Source: Podarcis melisellensis
Taxonomy: Eukaryota
Strand: one strand, 5' to 3'
Length of the DNA: 64,000 bases
NCBI GenBank assembly: GCA_964234715.1
Contig: OZ174280.1
In this document: piece after piece, positions 37,934 to 50,778 of the stretch
Numbering within the stretch: the stretch's first letter is position 1
Layout: each line of letters starts with the position of its first letter
The notes under the pieces: model-generated
What the model saw: the letters and a program-made list of their open reading frames with translations, nothing else
Databases searched by the model: none
Told to the model about the DNA's origin: nothing
Translations under genes and position numbers: made by a program

Positions 37934-38149
37934 CATTCCCACCTCTGCTACCCGAGTTTCCAGGGAATGTATGTTCAATCTTATAGTTAAGCATGAATCT
38001 GAAATAACAAATGCTTGTTTTAGATGTGCATTTTTTCTTGGTCAAAACTAAAGTTTCAAGAAGAGTGGTCCTGTGCATATCTACTCAGAAATAAATCTCA
38101 TTGGTTCAAATGGATCTTTCTTCTGGAATTCCAAAACTTCTTTTATCAA

Positions 38150-39140
38150 ACCTTAGTTGCCTTATAAAATTTGTATAGCACTTTTCACCAGACACTCTCA
38201 AAGTGTTTTCCAACAGTACTGAAAGCTACAGTTCTTAAAATGAAATACAATCAAAGCAAAACAAATATTACAACAATAGAGCGTTGTAAAATTCCAAAGA
38301 TTTGGGAGAGGTGCAAGTTTGAACTGTACAGTGGAAAACCGTAAGTGATTATTCTGTCCATACCATTGGGCAAGGTTTCAAAGTCAAGTACAATCACAGA
38401 GAAGGCCCACAACACTCATAGGTGGGACTGCGAATAAGGCACTCTCAACTGATTTTGGAGCCCAAGCTGGTTAATATGGAGAGAGGCACTTCCTGTCATT
38501 CAGGGCTTTAACACACTAATAACACCTTAAATTGTAGGTAGCCAGTGAAGCTCCTGCAGAATAGATATAATAAGCCTTGGAGCACCTGTTAAAACTTTAG
38601 ATTCAGCTGTATGTAGAGTGTATTACAGTAATCCAACTGGGAGATTACTAGAACATGTAAAACTAGCTGGGATATTTTGATCCAGGAATCTAGAAGAGGC
38701 AAAATACACATTTTCCCAGCACAAGGACCACCCACCAACAGTGTTTTCACCAAGTTAGGATTCAGTTTATTGGCCTTCATCCAGCTAATTACTACCTTCA
38801 GGCACTGGTTCAGCACAGACATGGCTATATCTAGTTTAGACGGTACTGAGATACATTGCTGAATGTCATCTGCATGTTGATGGCACTGAGTTCCCAACTC
38901 TCTGATGATGTGACCTAATGACTTCATATAGATATTTAAATAGCATTGGGAACAAAAATAAGGATTGCAGAACTTGGGGCTAAGCCAAACTCAGCTCTTT
39001 GGAAGCAGCCCTATAGGTAGGTCTGGGATCACTGTAACACTGTGATCCTAACCCACCAAGTTACTCCAGGTTGATGGTATCAAAATCCACTAAGAGTTCA
39101 AGGAGAAGCAACAGTGTAACCCTTCCATTTCTCTCCTAAA
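38150..39140 (-). mobile_element. L2 LINE ORF2 fragment (RT region)
   Basis: ORF 38589-38927 carries a degenerate YADD motif (CHQHADDIQ), WMKANKLNP and SQLDYCN, typical of L2 RT. Confidence 0.8.
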
Positions 39141-39167
39141 ACAAGTTATCAGCCACAACCGTCTCTG

Positions 39168-39388
39168 TGGGTTAAGTACTTAATTCGTTCTGGAGGTCCG
39201 TTCTTAACCTGAAACTGTTCTTAACCTGAAGCACCACTTTAGCTAATGCTGCCGCCGCGCCACCAGAGCATGATTTCTGTTCTTATCCTGAAGCAAAGTT
39301 CTTAACCTGAAGCACTATTTCTGGGTTAGCGGAGTCTGTAACCTGAAGCATATGTAACCTGAAGCATATGTAACCCGAGGTACCACTG
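39168..39388. mobile_element. Tc1/mariner MITE (20105 family, opposite orientation, left TIR damaged)
   Basis: aacctgaag repeats; ends CCCGAGGTACCACTG|TA. Confidence 0.8.
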
Positions 39389-39885
39389 TATATGCATTAT
39401 AACACTGTGACACCAGATGGCGATGTGGAGTCCTGTCTTTCGCCAATGGGATTCCCTTCTATGAAGTTTACAACAAGTTTAACTGAAACACTTTTTCAAT
39501 GTGTCTAGATTCAGCCCTGGTGCTGAATTAAATGGGTCAAGATAATTGCTTTTAGTATTTTATATTTTAGTATGTCTGAAGTTGCATGGCCACAAGTCTC
39601 TTGAGCACCTTGCTCAGAAAGGGATATTAGTGACTGAGTAGTAGTTTAGATCCTCATGATCTAGGCGTGAGACAAGGAATACTCCCTGCTACGAGGAGGC
39701 ATCTACCACACTTGAGATTACCTCAACCATCTTTGACAGAAAGGCTGTTGAGCAGTAGGTAGTACACCAACATGATCACTGTTCTGTTTCTCTGGCAGTA
39801 CAAACCCTCCAAACTGGCACCCAAGTACACTTGCTTTTGGGGGGAAATGGGTGGCTTTTTTTGGAAATGACAGCAACACAACAAC

Positions 39886-39888
<3 letters not shown>

Positions 39889-39947
<59 letters not shown>
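39889..39947. repeat. Compound (TG)n(AG)n microsatellite
   Basis: Direct reading. Confidence 0.95.
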
Positions 39948-39952
<5 letters not shown>

Positions 39953-40896
39953 TCTGCATGCCAAATTTGCAACTAAAATACTTTCAGCATGCCATCTCCC
40001 CCTCCCCCCCCATACGAAAGCAAATAGCTAAACAAGTGATTTAGAACTAGCTATTTTTCTGCAGTTTCCACTTATTTATCTTATGTGTCTGCATGGCATA
40101 ATGTAGAAAGACAGGCAGATTTAACCCCCTGAGCTGGAGAGTTCACAATTAGTGATTGAGAGGCTAATATAGTCAAAGCTTGACCATTGTTGCAACTTTC
40201 CCCCTGCCTTATTTAAGAAATCTATCTCAACACCAACCTAGTTACTGAAGACCATCAGGGGTCATGTCAGAGGTCAGATATTTGAGACCATTTTCCCACA
40301 ATGGCTCTCTACAAGTGATCCCTTACTGTGTTAAAAAAAAAATTGTCAAAGAGGATTAAATGGGATTAGTAAGAATATTACCCTCCCAGAAGTAGCCCCA
40401 AGACACAAAATGAAGAACCTAGTGAAGCAGTAAATGCACTATATTTGACCAGGGCACAACCTTGGCTACATTCCTTCAAGAATCTGAATGGGAAAAGTTA
40501 AGTCCTCTAAACTGGATTAGTAAATAATCTCATGGTTTGTGGCATCTGCTGAAAAATCATTAAGTTCACTGCATTCTTACAGTTTGGGGGAGAACTGACA
40601 GTGTTATTGACTGCAGTGATCAAGGATGTGATTAGCTTTGGCCATTATTGTGTGGATCAGGCCAGTTCATAAGTGACTTCATCGAAGTCATTCATTTAAA
40701 TGTTCTCTAAACGTTCTCTGATTTGTTTTCATCAATGAAATTTTAAACCTGCAATTCTTAGTACTTTACTCTGAAAATATTTCTCTTGTTCAAAAAGAAT
40801 TTCTAAAGGGGTGGGGGCAAATACTCAAGTAATTATACACTAACAAGAGCATTTAAAGTAACCATTTGCATTTTGTGGAAGAGTATACCTGTAGAA

Positions 40897-41231
40897 CAGG
40901 AATGGTGAACCTGTGGCCCTCCGGATTCTGTTGAACCCAACTCACATAAGCCCCTGCCAGCATAGCCAAGGATCATGGATGATGGGAGTGTACTACAATA
41001 GCAACTTGAGAGCCACACCTGTCCCTGTGGAATGCCCTGCCTTCAGATGTCAAGGAGATAAAGAACTACATAACTTTTAGAAGACATCTGAAGGCAGCCT
41101 TGTATCGGGAAGTTTGTAATGTTTGATGTTTTACTATGTTTTATACATGCTGTAAGCTGCCCAGAGTGGCTGGGGAAACCCAGCCAGACGGGCGGAGTAT
41201 AAATAAAATTATTAACATCATCCCATCCCTG
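40897..41231. mobile_element. hAT MITE interrupted by an L2 3' fragment (~41022-41215, + strand)
   Basis: CAGG...CCCTG ends with ctgtagaa/gtatagaa flanks; the insert translates LWNALPSDVKEIKNYITFRRHLKAALY and ends in an AT-rich tail. Confidence 0.65.
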
Positions 41232-42457
41232 GTATAGAATAGACTCAGTAGATTGCTTTGTGAATGGCACGTGAATACAGTTCTCTGTCTGCTTGAGGAC
41301 ACAAGTCAATTTGGTAAGGCAAATAGCCTCCATCGCCTTTTGTTTTACTGGGAGACAAAAGCAGTGAAGGCAGAGTACTGAACCAGAGCCATACCGTAAC
41401 AATTGCCAGACTTATTCATTTATTTTAAGAGACCTATTAATGGAGTTTCTTGTGTGTCACTGTTTGGGACCTACCTATCAGTGTGAAACCCTAACAAAGA
41501 CAAACTCCCTGGGCTCCTCAAAATTTTGTTTTCAACAGGCCCTGCTGGCAGTTGAGCACATCTCCCTTATTACTTCTATAATTTACTGTTGTATCCTCTT
41601 CCACTTCTTGGGAGTCATTTCCTTATAAATCGTGTTGATTGTGGTTATTTGTTTCTGCTGTCCTAATCTTGTTCTTGCACGTAAATGTGGAAGTTCATTG
41701 CTCTGTAAAAGCAACATGCACTATTTCCCCCACTTTGGCATATTTAGCAGTGCAAACTAAGCTGCATTTTTGAAGAAAGCAGTAAACAAAAACCATCCAT
41801 GTTAGTAGTAGCATGTTGCTTTTCCAGATGCATTGTCTGCATCTAGATAGTGGGCCTTCTTCAATGGAGAAAGGAGTGCCTGTGACTGAAGGGGTTGGGA
41901 AGGGGGCTTTGGAGTACACATGCTGCTTTTAATGGCTTTTACTGGACTGCGGAGTTGCCTAATCCCTGGCTACCACTTCAGTTTTCATTATGAGTTGTGT
42001 TCAGCCAGTGCTGTCTGTTGCTGAAGGGTGTCTTCTGTTTGATAAATTCTCCAAGAACTGGGGTTTAGTATTAGCACCTAATATAATGATTGCATCACGT
42101 GGACTGAAGATTTTCACTGATGTTCTGTCTCCTAGTCTGTCTAGAAAGGCAATTACATGTATGTTCCTGGAACCATTTTTCGTACTGCAATCTGAAGTAT
42201 GAATGTGTTTGTAAAATATTAACACTTATCTGATTTAGTCTTTCCCCACTGAGTGGTGTCTGTATATGCCTGTACATAAGGCACTTCTCAAATTTGCATT
42301 TGCCAAATAATCCACATTTTGTTCCAGTCAGCAACTTTTATCTCTAATATATGGATCAAGCTAAAAGTAATTTTGAAATATCTGAAAGTCTGTGCGTATG
42401 AAAAACTAGCCTCAGTAGCCTGTGTAGCTTCACGTCACTTCACACGTTTTTTTCCAG

Positions 42458-42608
42458 TACTTGCTAGAAATGAAAAGCTTAATTTTGCCTCCGGAGCATA
42501 TCCTGAAACGTGGAGACAGTGAAGCAGTGGCATATGCTTTCTTCCATCTCCAGCACTGGAAGCGAATTGAAGGGGCGCTTAATCTGTTGCACTGCACATG
42601 GGAAGGCA
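42458..42608 (+). CDS. ST7L: ST7L exon 12 ([50 protein letters not shown])
   Basis: ttccag / gtaagt, 151 nt. Confidence 0.96.
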
Positions 42609-42637
42609 GTAAGTATTCTTGGTTAGTGGCATGAGCT

Positions 42638-42643
<6 letters not shown>

Positions 42644-42697
<54 letters not shown>
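42644..42697. repeat. (TC)27 microsatellite
   Basis: Direct reading. Confidence 0.95.
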
Positions 42698-42700
<3 letters not shown>

Positions 42701-43520
42701 TCATTATTTTTAAATGTGCACCTGGAGCTCAACTGTGAGGCTGTCCTGACTCATTATTGAGGTTCCCTCTGCACTTTAGTTAGTTTTGGTATTAGTTCTT
42801 GTCCAGATTTCAGTCACGTTGAAGGTGCAATTAAGATGACACAGGTGTTCAGCTTGTGCTCTCTTTCTGCTCCAAGGTTTTAAAAATGCATACATGTAGG
42901 TGCTCTCTTCTGCAGTGTGAACACTAAAATATCTATTGTGCATGCATATTTCTTTTCCTTGTTCACCCTACCCCTTCCTTCCAAAAGCCAGTTCATGGAG
43001 TTACTTCAGTGTAACTGAATGCAAAGCCAGAGTACTTCAATAAAAAAAAAAATAGCTGATATGTAGAAGAGCATGTGCTGCTAATATTCTATTCTTATGA
43101 AAGAAACCACTGTTGTACCACTTTGCCAGTTTTCTAAGAATGTTTTCTAAGCTAGATGGGGTGTTTCAAACTAAAAATGTCAAGAAGTATCTTGGATCGT
43201 ATTCATATTGTCTTAGAATCATAGAGTTGGAAGGGACTCCATGGATCATCTAGTCTTGTTCTTTGATGCCAACAAGATGTATGCAACATGCCATGTGAAT
43301 ATTGAATTCCTATCCTATTTGATTTGTGAAAGAAGACTGGATGGCTTGGGAGGTGATTGTCAGTGAGTCTGAGGGTAGCTAGAATGGTGCTAATTTAATA
43401 AAAGGAATCTGATCACAAGTGGTATAAAGAACACAGATATGACTTTGTTTCCAGGCGACTCTAGTAAAGTGAATTTTGCATGGGTCTGATGTTGATGATA
43501 TTTTTTTTTTACCTCCTCAG

Positions 43521-43613
43521 CCTTTAGAATGATCCCGTATCCATTAGAAAAGGGCCACCTATTCTATCCTTATCCCAGCTGCACAGAGACAGCAGACAGA
43601 GAGCTATTACCAA
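43521..43613 (+). CDS. ST7L: ST7L exon 13 ([31 protein letters not shown])
   Basis: cctcag / gtaaga, 93 nt. Confidence 0.96.
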
Positions 43614-44096
43614 GTAAGAAAATTCCATTTCTCACATTTTATTTTTTCCATCTACAGTTAATCACAAAAGTCTGTTCTCTTTCTGTGTGGCATTGTGCTC
43701 AACTGGAATACCTGTGTGTCTATACATGCATATAATAAATATTCCATACACTTGTACACTGAATGCAGTTAGCTTTTAAATAAATGAAGCAGCTATCCAA
43801 CAATGTAAATTAGCCCCCTTTTGTATCTTATATTTGAAGTGGTGGAGGGATTGTGGTCCAACTCCTTCCCATTCTGCAAAGGAAATGTCAACACCTCACA
43901 CTATGGGAGAGACCACCTCAGTATGACTTCTCCCCACAGAAGCATTGCCTCTGGTGGCCAGGAGGTGAGACGCTGGTGTGGGGAAGAGCTGTGGCTTGTT
44001 CTCTTTTCCACATGACTTGGGGTTTCTAGTACAAGATCTTATGGCATTCATATTTATTACATATACACACATATAAAATACCTTGCTGTATACAGC

Positions 44097-44100
<4 letters not shown>

Positions 44101-44138
<38 letters not shown>
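44101..44138. repeat. (CA)19 microsatellite
   Basis: Direct reading. Confidence 0.95.
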
Positions 44139-44144
<6 letters not shown>

Positions 44145-46633
44145 ATAGAACATAAAATACCATAAAAATAATACAAAATAATCTTAAAGATGACTGGTAT
44201 GGAATGGAGTTGTGCTGTGGTGAGTTCTGTGCTGTGAAGATAACCTGAGGAGGGGAATGTTTCCAAAAGGAGTGGCGTTAAAATATCATTGCCCCCTTTT
44301 GTGTCTTTAGCCAGTCTCAGTGTTACTTGACAATATTGCCCCTCGGCTTTGTGGTTGTTGAGTTTCTTTCTCTACTTGTTTGACTGGAGCAGCATTCTCT
44401 GCACTCTAGGTTAGTTCTATCAAAAGGGAAGAGCATTTTAAATGGCCTGTGTTCTCCTTCATGCACCCCAGGCCAGAATGACAATTTCTTTCAGGTGGGA
44501 AAATATTGAATGAGTGCTTCCCTTGTGGGAATGTCAATTTGATCAGCACTCTTGTGGATATTTCCACTGTGAAGAAAATGCTCAATATCTAGGTTTCAGA
44601 ATGGTCACCATGCAATTTTAGACACCATCACATCAGCGAGAAGCTGCTGCACTCCTTCAGTAAGCAACCTGCACGGCTTGATTGAAGACCTACATTTGTG
44701 GGTGGTATAGAGGTCTTTATCTGAATTGTCTTGTATATTTATGTTGGTCACCTTGGAGACTGTACTATAAAAAGGCAAGGTATAAATATTTAATAATTAG
44801 ACTTGCATACATTTGCTTAACCTGCAGTTTCAGATAACACTTTGGAGCTTTAACTCAATGTTTTAAATAAAAAAAAGGCTATTTTCTTTCTGGCTTCTAA
44901 ATGGCCATACTCAAATGAGGAGAGAAACTGGCCCAAGGTCAACTTGTTCAGCACAGACCTAAGCTGGAAATGTGCCATACCTAAAGATTCCAGCTAGTAT
45001 GGCTGTTTTAAGCACATATATTGCCATGACACAAGCACATAGCTTGGCATGCTGTGTGCTTTTGTATTTTTCTGTATGTTGCGAGAGTTACTCAGCTCTC
45101 AGATGTTTGGAGATAGATGTAAAGTAAAGTGAATTTTAAAGATAGGTGAACATGAAAGTTAGGCAATGAAAAACCTTACTCGAAAATATGTTCTGTTAGA
45201 TAGGTAAAAATGAGTTACACTCACAGAGAAATTCTTGGTGTGCTAGGAAGGGTGCCATTCACTTAAATAACTGAATCCTGTAGTCAGATCAGGAATGTTT
45301 CATATGTTCAATATTTTCTGTAGGGAAAAAATACATTAATGACATAGATTGTTCTATAGGAATATTACAGAATGGGGAGTGAAATAGATCCACGTGCAAC
45401 TGTTGCTTGTGGTGATTCCCCCCTTTTCAAAAATTATTTTTTCATGCATAAACACTTCCTACAGGAAATGTGCATGGTCTTCAAAGGATTCCTAAGATGT
45501 TTCAGGTCTGGTATGATAAACAATTGCAATTAAAAAACATGATTTTTAAATATTTTGGTATAAAGCCCTAATGAAAGTGAGGTTGTTTTGGCCTTCTGAA
45601 TGTCAAACCCTTAGGAGGCATGAAAGTGGTCAAAACAGCAGTGGTTAACCAGCAATCAGCCCTTATAAAATGGCAACCCTGCCTTACGCATACCAGACAG
45701 CCATAGAGCTTCCTAACCACTAGAGTTTCCTAATCACATGTACTTGACTTGTACTAGAATCTATGCAAAAATAGAGGTTCTTTGCCACACTGGTAAATTC
45801 TAACCTTGAGTTAGGCTCTTGATAGTAGCCCATGAACGATCCTTTGTAAAGTGATTTGAAAATATACTTCTCAGTTGCTAAGTGCGAGAATTTTGGAGCC
45901 CCTTTATTTTATAATGAGGGTTTTGTTTCATGCTAGGTGCTGGTGAGATTCTGATAAGTGTTAACTTCTCCATCTTGGGAGAACTTTGTTTATAAAGTAT
46001 ATGGCATACTTATAACTAAAGCAGCCAAGGGGCACATCTGCCACAAGTGCACTTGCATATTTTTGCAATTCAATAAAAAAATTAAATCTTGAAAAGCTCT
46101 GTTTAAAAACTAATTAAAATCTGCCCCCAGACTGCTCTAAATTACTCATTTCTCACTCATGCAGGATATTGCTCAAGGAATGCCTCTGCTAGTGACGAAC
46201 CCTAAGCCATCGGCTTCCCGGTATAATTAAACTCCAGTGCATGAAGACATTTCAGCACAATCACTCACGCATTCCTGTTAAGTTTTTAAATACAAAACTT
46301 ATCCATAAATAAAATCATCTTAACACTTTTTATGCTGCTACTCTCCAGCATGTTTCAAATTTTAAAAATTCTGTTGCTTTGGTCACTTCTTAAAAGAAAA
46401 GAACGTTTTACTCCATTGAGGCTTTCACTGATGTATATCTTAACTGCAAAGGGTGTATTTTAAAATAATTCTTAATTTAATCAGTGTTGCAGATTCCTCC
46501 CCTCTATTTAAAGTTATATCATAGTTCATCTCAGATAGGTCTTTCTTCTTTGCAAAATCACGACCTTTATCTAACCATCCCTAAAATACCTGGAATATCA
46601 AATAACTATTGCCATTTCCCCTCTTCCTTCCAG

Positions 46634-46773
46634 CATTTCATGATGTGTCTGTGTACCCGCAGAAGGAACTTCCTTTTTTCATCCACTTTACTGCAGGGCT
46701 GTGCTCTTTCACAGCAATGTTAGCGCTCCTCACACACCAGTTCCCGGAACTTATGGTTATTTTTGCTAAAGCT
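46634..46773 (+). CDS. ST7L: ST7L exon 14 ([47 protein letters not shown])
   Basis: ttccag / gtaagt, 140 nt. Confidence 0.96.
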
Positions 46774-47091
46774 GTAAGTATTGACTCAGCTTACTTAATG
46801 TATTTATATGACATGCAGGAACCATCTCTGGAACACTATAAACTAATTCAGAACAATGGACATCTAAAAACCTGATTCAGCATAGCTTAGTGTTCTTTTT
46901 TTAAGAGGGGATTTTTCAGAGGTGATACATGACGATCTTAGTTTTCTTTCGGCAGCTGGACTGTATCTCATTATGGGGAAACATCTGATGTACCACAATT
47001 TCCAGTTTTAAAGCAGGACATGGGGGTACGAAAGCCATTTCAAACCACATGCAGTTTTTCTTTGACTGCAAGGATTTGCTAATAATTACAG

Positions 47092-47217
47092 TAGGGTTGC
47101 CATACTTCTGGAATACTGTTTTTGCCCAAAAATCTCAACTACTTTGGGCAAAACTTCTTTGCCCAAAAAAGCTCAACAACTTTCCAGATTTTCACTGTTT
47201 GAAATATGGCAACCCTA
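47092..47217. mobile_element. hAT (Tip100-like) MITE
   Basis: TIR TAGGGTTGCCATA / TATGGCAACCCTA; 8-bp TSD aattacag/acttacag. Confidence 0.82.
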
Positions 47218-50200
47218 ACTTACAGTGTTTGAATTATTAGGATGAAAATATTGAGACTCTCTCCCAGTATCCTGTTACATATTAAGTACATATACAAATA
47301 ATAAATAAACGGTTGCATTCTTTCTTTCTGTACCCTGGGAGCTAATTGGGAGCTAGTGGCTGACCAAAGAAAACTTCTTTTATGTGGTCTGAATGGAAGC
47401 ATTGCTTGTCTATTTACCTTAATACTGTTTAGTTTCCATTCCATGTATGGCAAATATGGCAAGTTAAGTCTCTGAAGCATAAAAGGATTTTACTGTTTCT
47501 TTATGTTTTTAAAACACTATGTTTCTGTAAGCTTACTATGGCAGGAAGGCAGTCAATTTTCACTATGTGATTTTCACTTTGTATTGATAGCACAAGGCAA
47601 ACACAATTATCAAAGGGATAAGTGCATAACAACAAGAAGTACAAGTAGCATTGTTCAAACTGCAGAATAAAATTATATGGTAAAATAAAAATAATTTGAG
47701 ATATGTCACATGGGAGAGGCAGAATGGGACCCATAACAAATACAACTTCAATAACAAATGCCCTCATTGCCAAGAATTCCTAAAGAGGGTTATAAAGGTA
47801 AAGAAAGCACTATCTTTGGCCAGTTTTCAGTGGTTATATCAGATCAGGATGATTGTCTAATATTTTGTAGAGTTAATCTTCAACATATTTTCTTGATAGT
47901 CAGTAATCATTCTAATATGCTTAGAAGCTTGAGTCATGAGGGCTTTTGTTACCTAAACTGGTATTCTGAAAAGGGATCAGGTAGACGTTTGAATGAACTC
48001 TTCTTCAAGCTGACTGCTTTGATTAATAGCCTGAATTATGCAAATGTTATTTATTTACTTACTGGCTATTTCTTGTCCATCATTCATCCCAAAGACTTCC
48101 AGGGCAGGATACCAGCTAAAACGCATACACTTAGATACAGTGTCACAAAATGTTGTATAGACTTGGTTCAAATACATTAAAACAACAGGAACAACTAAAA
48201 CAATTATTAAGACCACAAAGCAGACTAACTACTACTCCACTCAACCCCTTAAAATTGCATGAGCAAATAAACATATCCATCCTTGGCACTGAAACAACTA
48301 ACACATCAGCACAAAGCATACTTCTAAGGCCAGAGAAGGATAAGAAGATGCTTCCAGGGTCCTAATGAATACTGTACAGTAAACACACCATGCATTCCAT
48401 ATTCACAGGGCACCAGCATTGTCTGGTAGATCTCCAATTTACTCTCCTTTTCGAAGCAAGCATCCTACCTCTTTTCAGAATTGTTTTGAAGGTCCATTGA
48501 ACCACACATGTAAACAGATGATGTTACATGTACCATCTGCTGAACTGTCATTTCTTTTCTTTTCTGATGTACTACATGCCTGTTTGTCACTATTTTATTT
48601 TACTTGCTTACTTTGAGTATTTATACCACCTATTCTAAACATCTTGAAGATGCTTGTGATATATTTAAATAGGCAAGAGTCACAAGGGAGGTGCAGGATG
48701 TGTATACAGGTTTTCCCCAGTCCTCAGGTATTTCAGTTGCTACTGTCCTTCTGGATCTCCAGCTCACAGCATAACTCAGTAGAAATGACCTTGGCCAGGA
48801 AACAGTTGTCAGAGCAGCCTGATGTTAGTCCAGGGGCAGCCAGTGTGGTGCCCTCCAGATTTTGTTGGGAGTCTTCCATCAGCCCCAGACAACGTGGCCA
48901 GTGGGCAGGGATGATGTGAGCTGCTGTTCAACAACACCTGGTGGTACCACAAGGTGGAGTTTCTTCACCCAAGCAGCTGTTGCAGGTGTCTCTTGTAGCT
49001 TCTATGGTTAAGGTAGTGCAGATCTAGGCTGAAAGTGGTCTTAATTATTGACCCCCAACCCCCCTTTTGTATTGTGTGTATTACCCAAAACAAAATGCTG
49101 ATCTATGTAGTTTGACCTACTGTGGCATTAGAAGATAGCAGCAACAACCTCCCTGTAAAATACCAAATTGCCCTCAATTTTAGCTCCTGTGAAACATTGT
49201 TTAGTACTGTGATTCGGAGTACCTACCCTTGAACTTTTGAACTGGGCATATACCAGATCATTGATTTTGCTATTGTATAGCCTTGGATGGAGAGTGTGTG
49301 CTGAATATGTGTATTACAACAAGTGGAGATCAGAAATAGAGCATAGTTACTAATTTTTGAATGTCAAAGTTGCATGAAATCCATATTCTAGTTTCTTTTC
49401 ATTAAGCAGTGTTCAAAATATGTAGGTCTGATAACAGGGGCCTCATTTCTACCAAATTTAGTTACTCATTATGTGGGAAAATGTTGCTGGACATGCCAGT
49501 AACACTTTTGTGTGTGGTTCATAATTGGCTAACTTTTAAGGAATGAAATATAACTATCTGCTTGATTAATTCAAGGACTGTGCTAGCAAAATTGTATGAT
49601 TTCCAACAAGATACAAGGTCAAACGTTACACTAACAAAGAATAGCTCAGTGAAGTTCTATGCTGGATTTCTTTATTGTTGCTTTCTAATTTACATATAGA
49701 ACAATTGCAGTGTTAAACCTGAAAACAATTCTAGCATGCACACATAATAAAACTTTCTTTTGAAATAATGCTTGATGGGAAGTACTGTATATAGTTTCAA
49801 ATATGTCAAACAACATGGTCATTACTAGCTCTGTTTCCTTAAACAGAGGGAGCTTGCACTGACTTGTGTATGCTTTTGGACTTTGTCATTTTGTCTGGAT
49901 GAGTACCACTCCAGAACATCAAGAAAGACTTCTCCGGTAAAGCTGATCATCAGTGCTTGAATTATTGGGAAGAAGGAGAGGGTTCCCACTCCACCCTTCA
50001 TTCATGCACTAACAGTAAGCCCATAAAGAAATATGGTTCCTCCATTAATGCACAAACTATTGCCTTGTTGTTTCTTTTACTACAATGCGAATCTTGCTCT
50101 GTGATACTAGAAAACACTTTATGAATGGAGCATCTCTATCACAGTTAAGGAAGTCTTCATTGATAGATGGAATCTGCAGATCTTCTTGTATGAACAAAGT

Positions 50201-50589
50201 GAATACTTTTTATTTTTAGATAATATTCATACATGACTCAGCAGGCATAGTCTTGGAGGCACTGTGTGAGAAAAAGGTAGAACCCCCTTCTAAAATACCT
50301 GCCCCTCACTGTTTTTGTAAGTGCTTACTAAATCTGCCCAGTTAAACAAGGACAGGTCTGTAACTGAACATTTCAACCTTATTGAGCAGTTAAATGGGAA
50401 TAGCAGGGTTTTCGTTCATGCCATATACTAAGTTAGAAACTATCTTTTTCCAAAATGATTTGTTTCCTTAAAAGTAATTTTTCATAAGCTGACAGTATTC
50501 AAATCAGTGTTGTTTTTATAGTGAACTGGTTCATGTGTCACATCAAACTATAGTTACAATAAACAATGGCTTAATTTGAAATCCTAGAC

Positions 50590-50778
50590 CGGGGTGCCCA
50601 AACTTTTTTCAAAGAGGACCAGATTTGATGAAGTGAACATGCATGAGGGTTGGTGAGTTTAGGATTTAACCCCAAGGTTGTTGAGCTTTTTTTAGGATTT
50701 TACCCTAGGACATATACTGCGATGAAGGCCAGATTAAATCGACCGGCAGGCCCCCAAAACAGGCTTTGGACATGCCTG
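50590..50778. mobile_element. hAT MITE
   Basis: CGGGGTGCCCAAA...TTTGGACATGCCTG; 8-bp TSD tcctagac/tcttagac. Confidence 0.8.

Noticed and set aside
42430-42732. ORFs with RERERE, VCVCVC or SLSLSL runs (also at 39718, 43896, 57411)
   Set aside because: Translations of microsatellites
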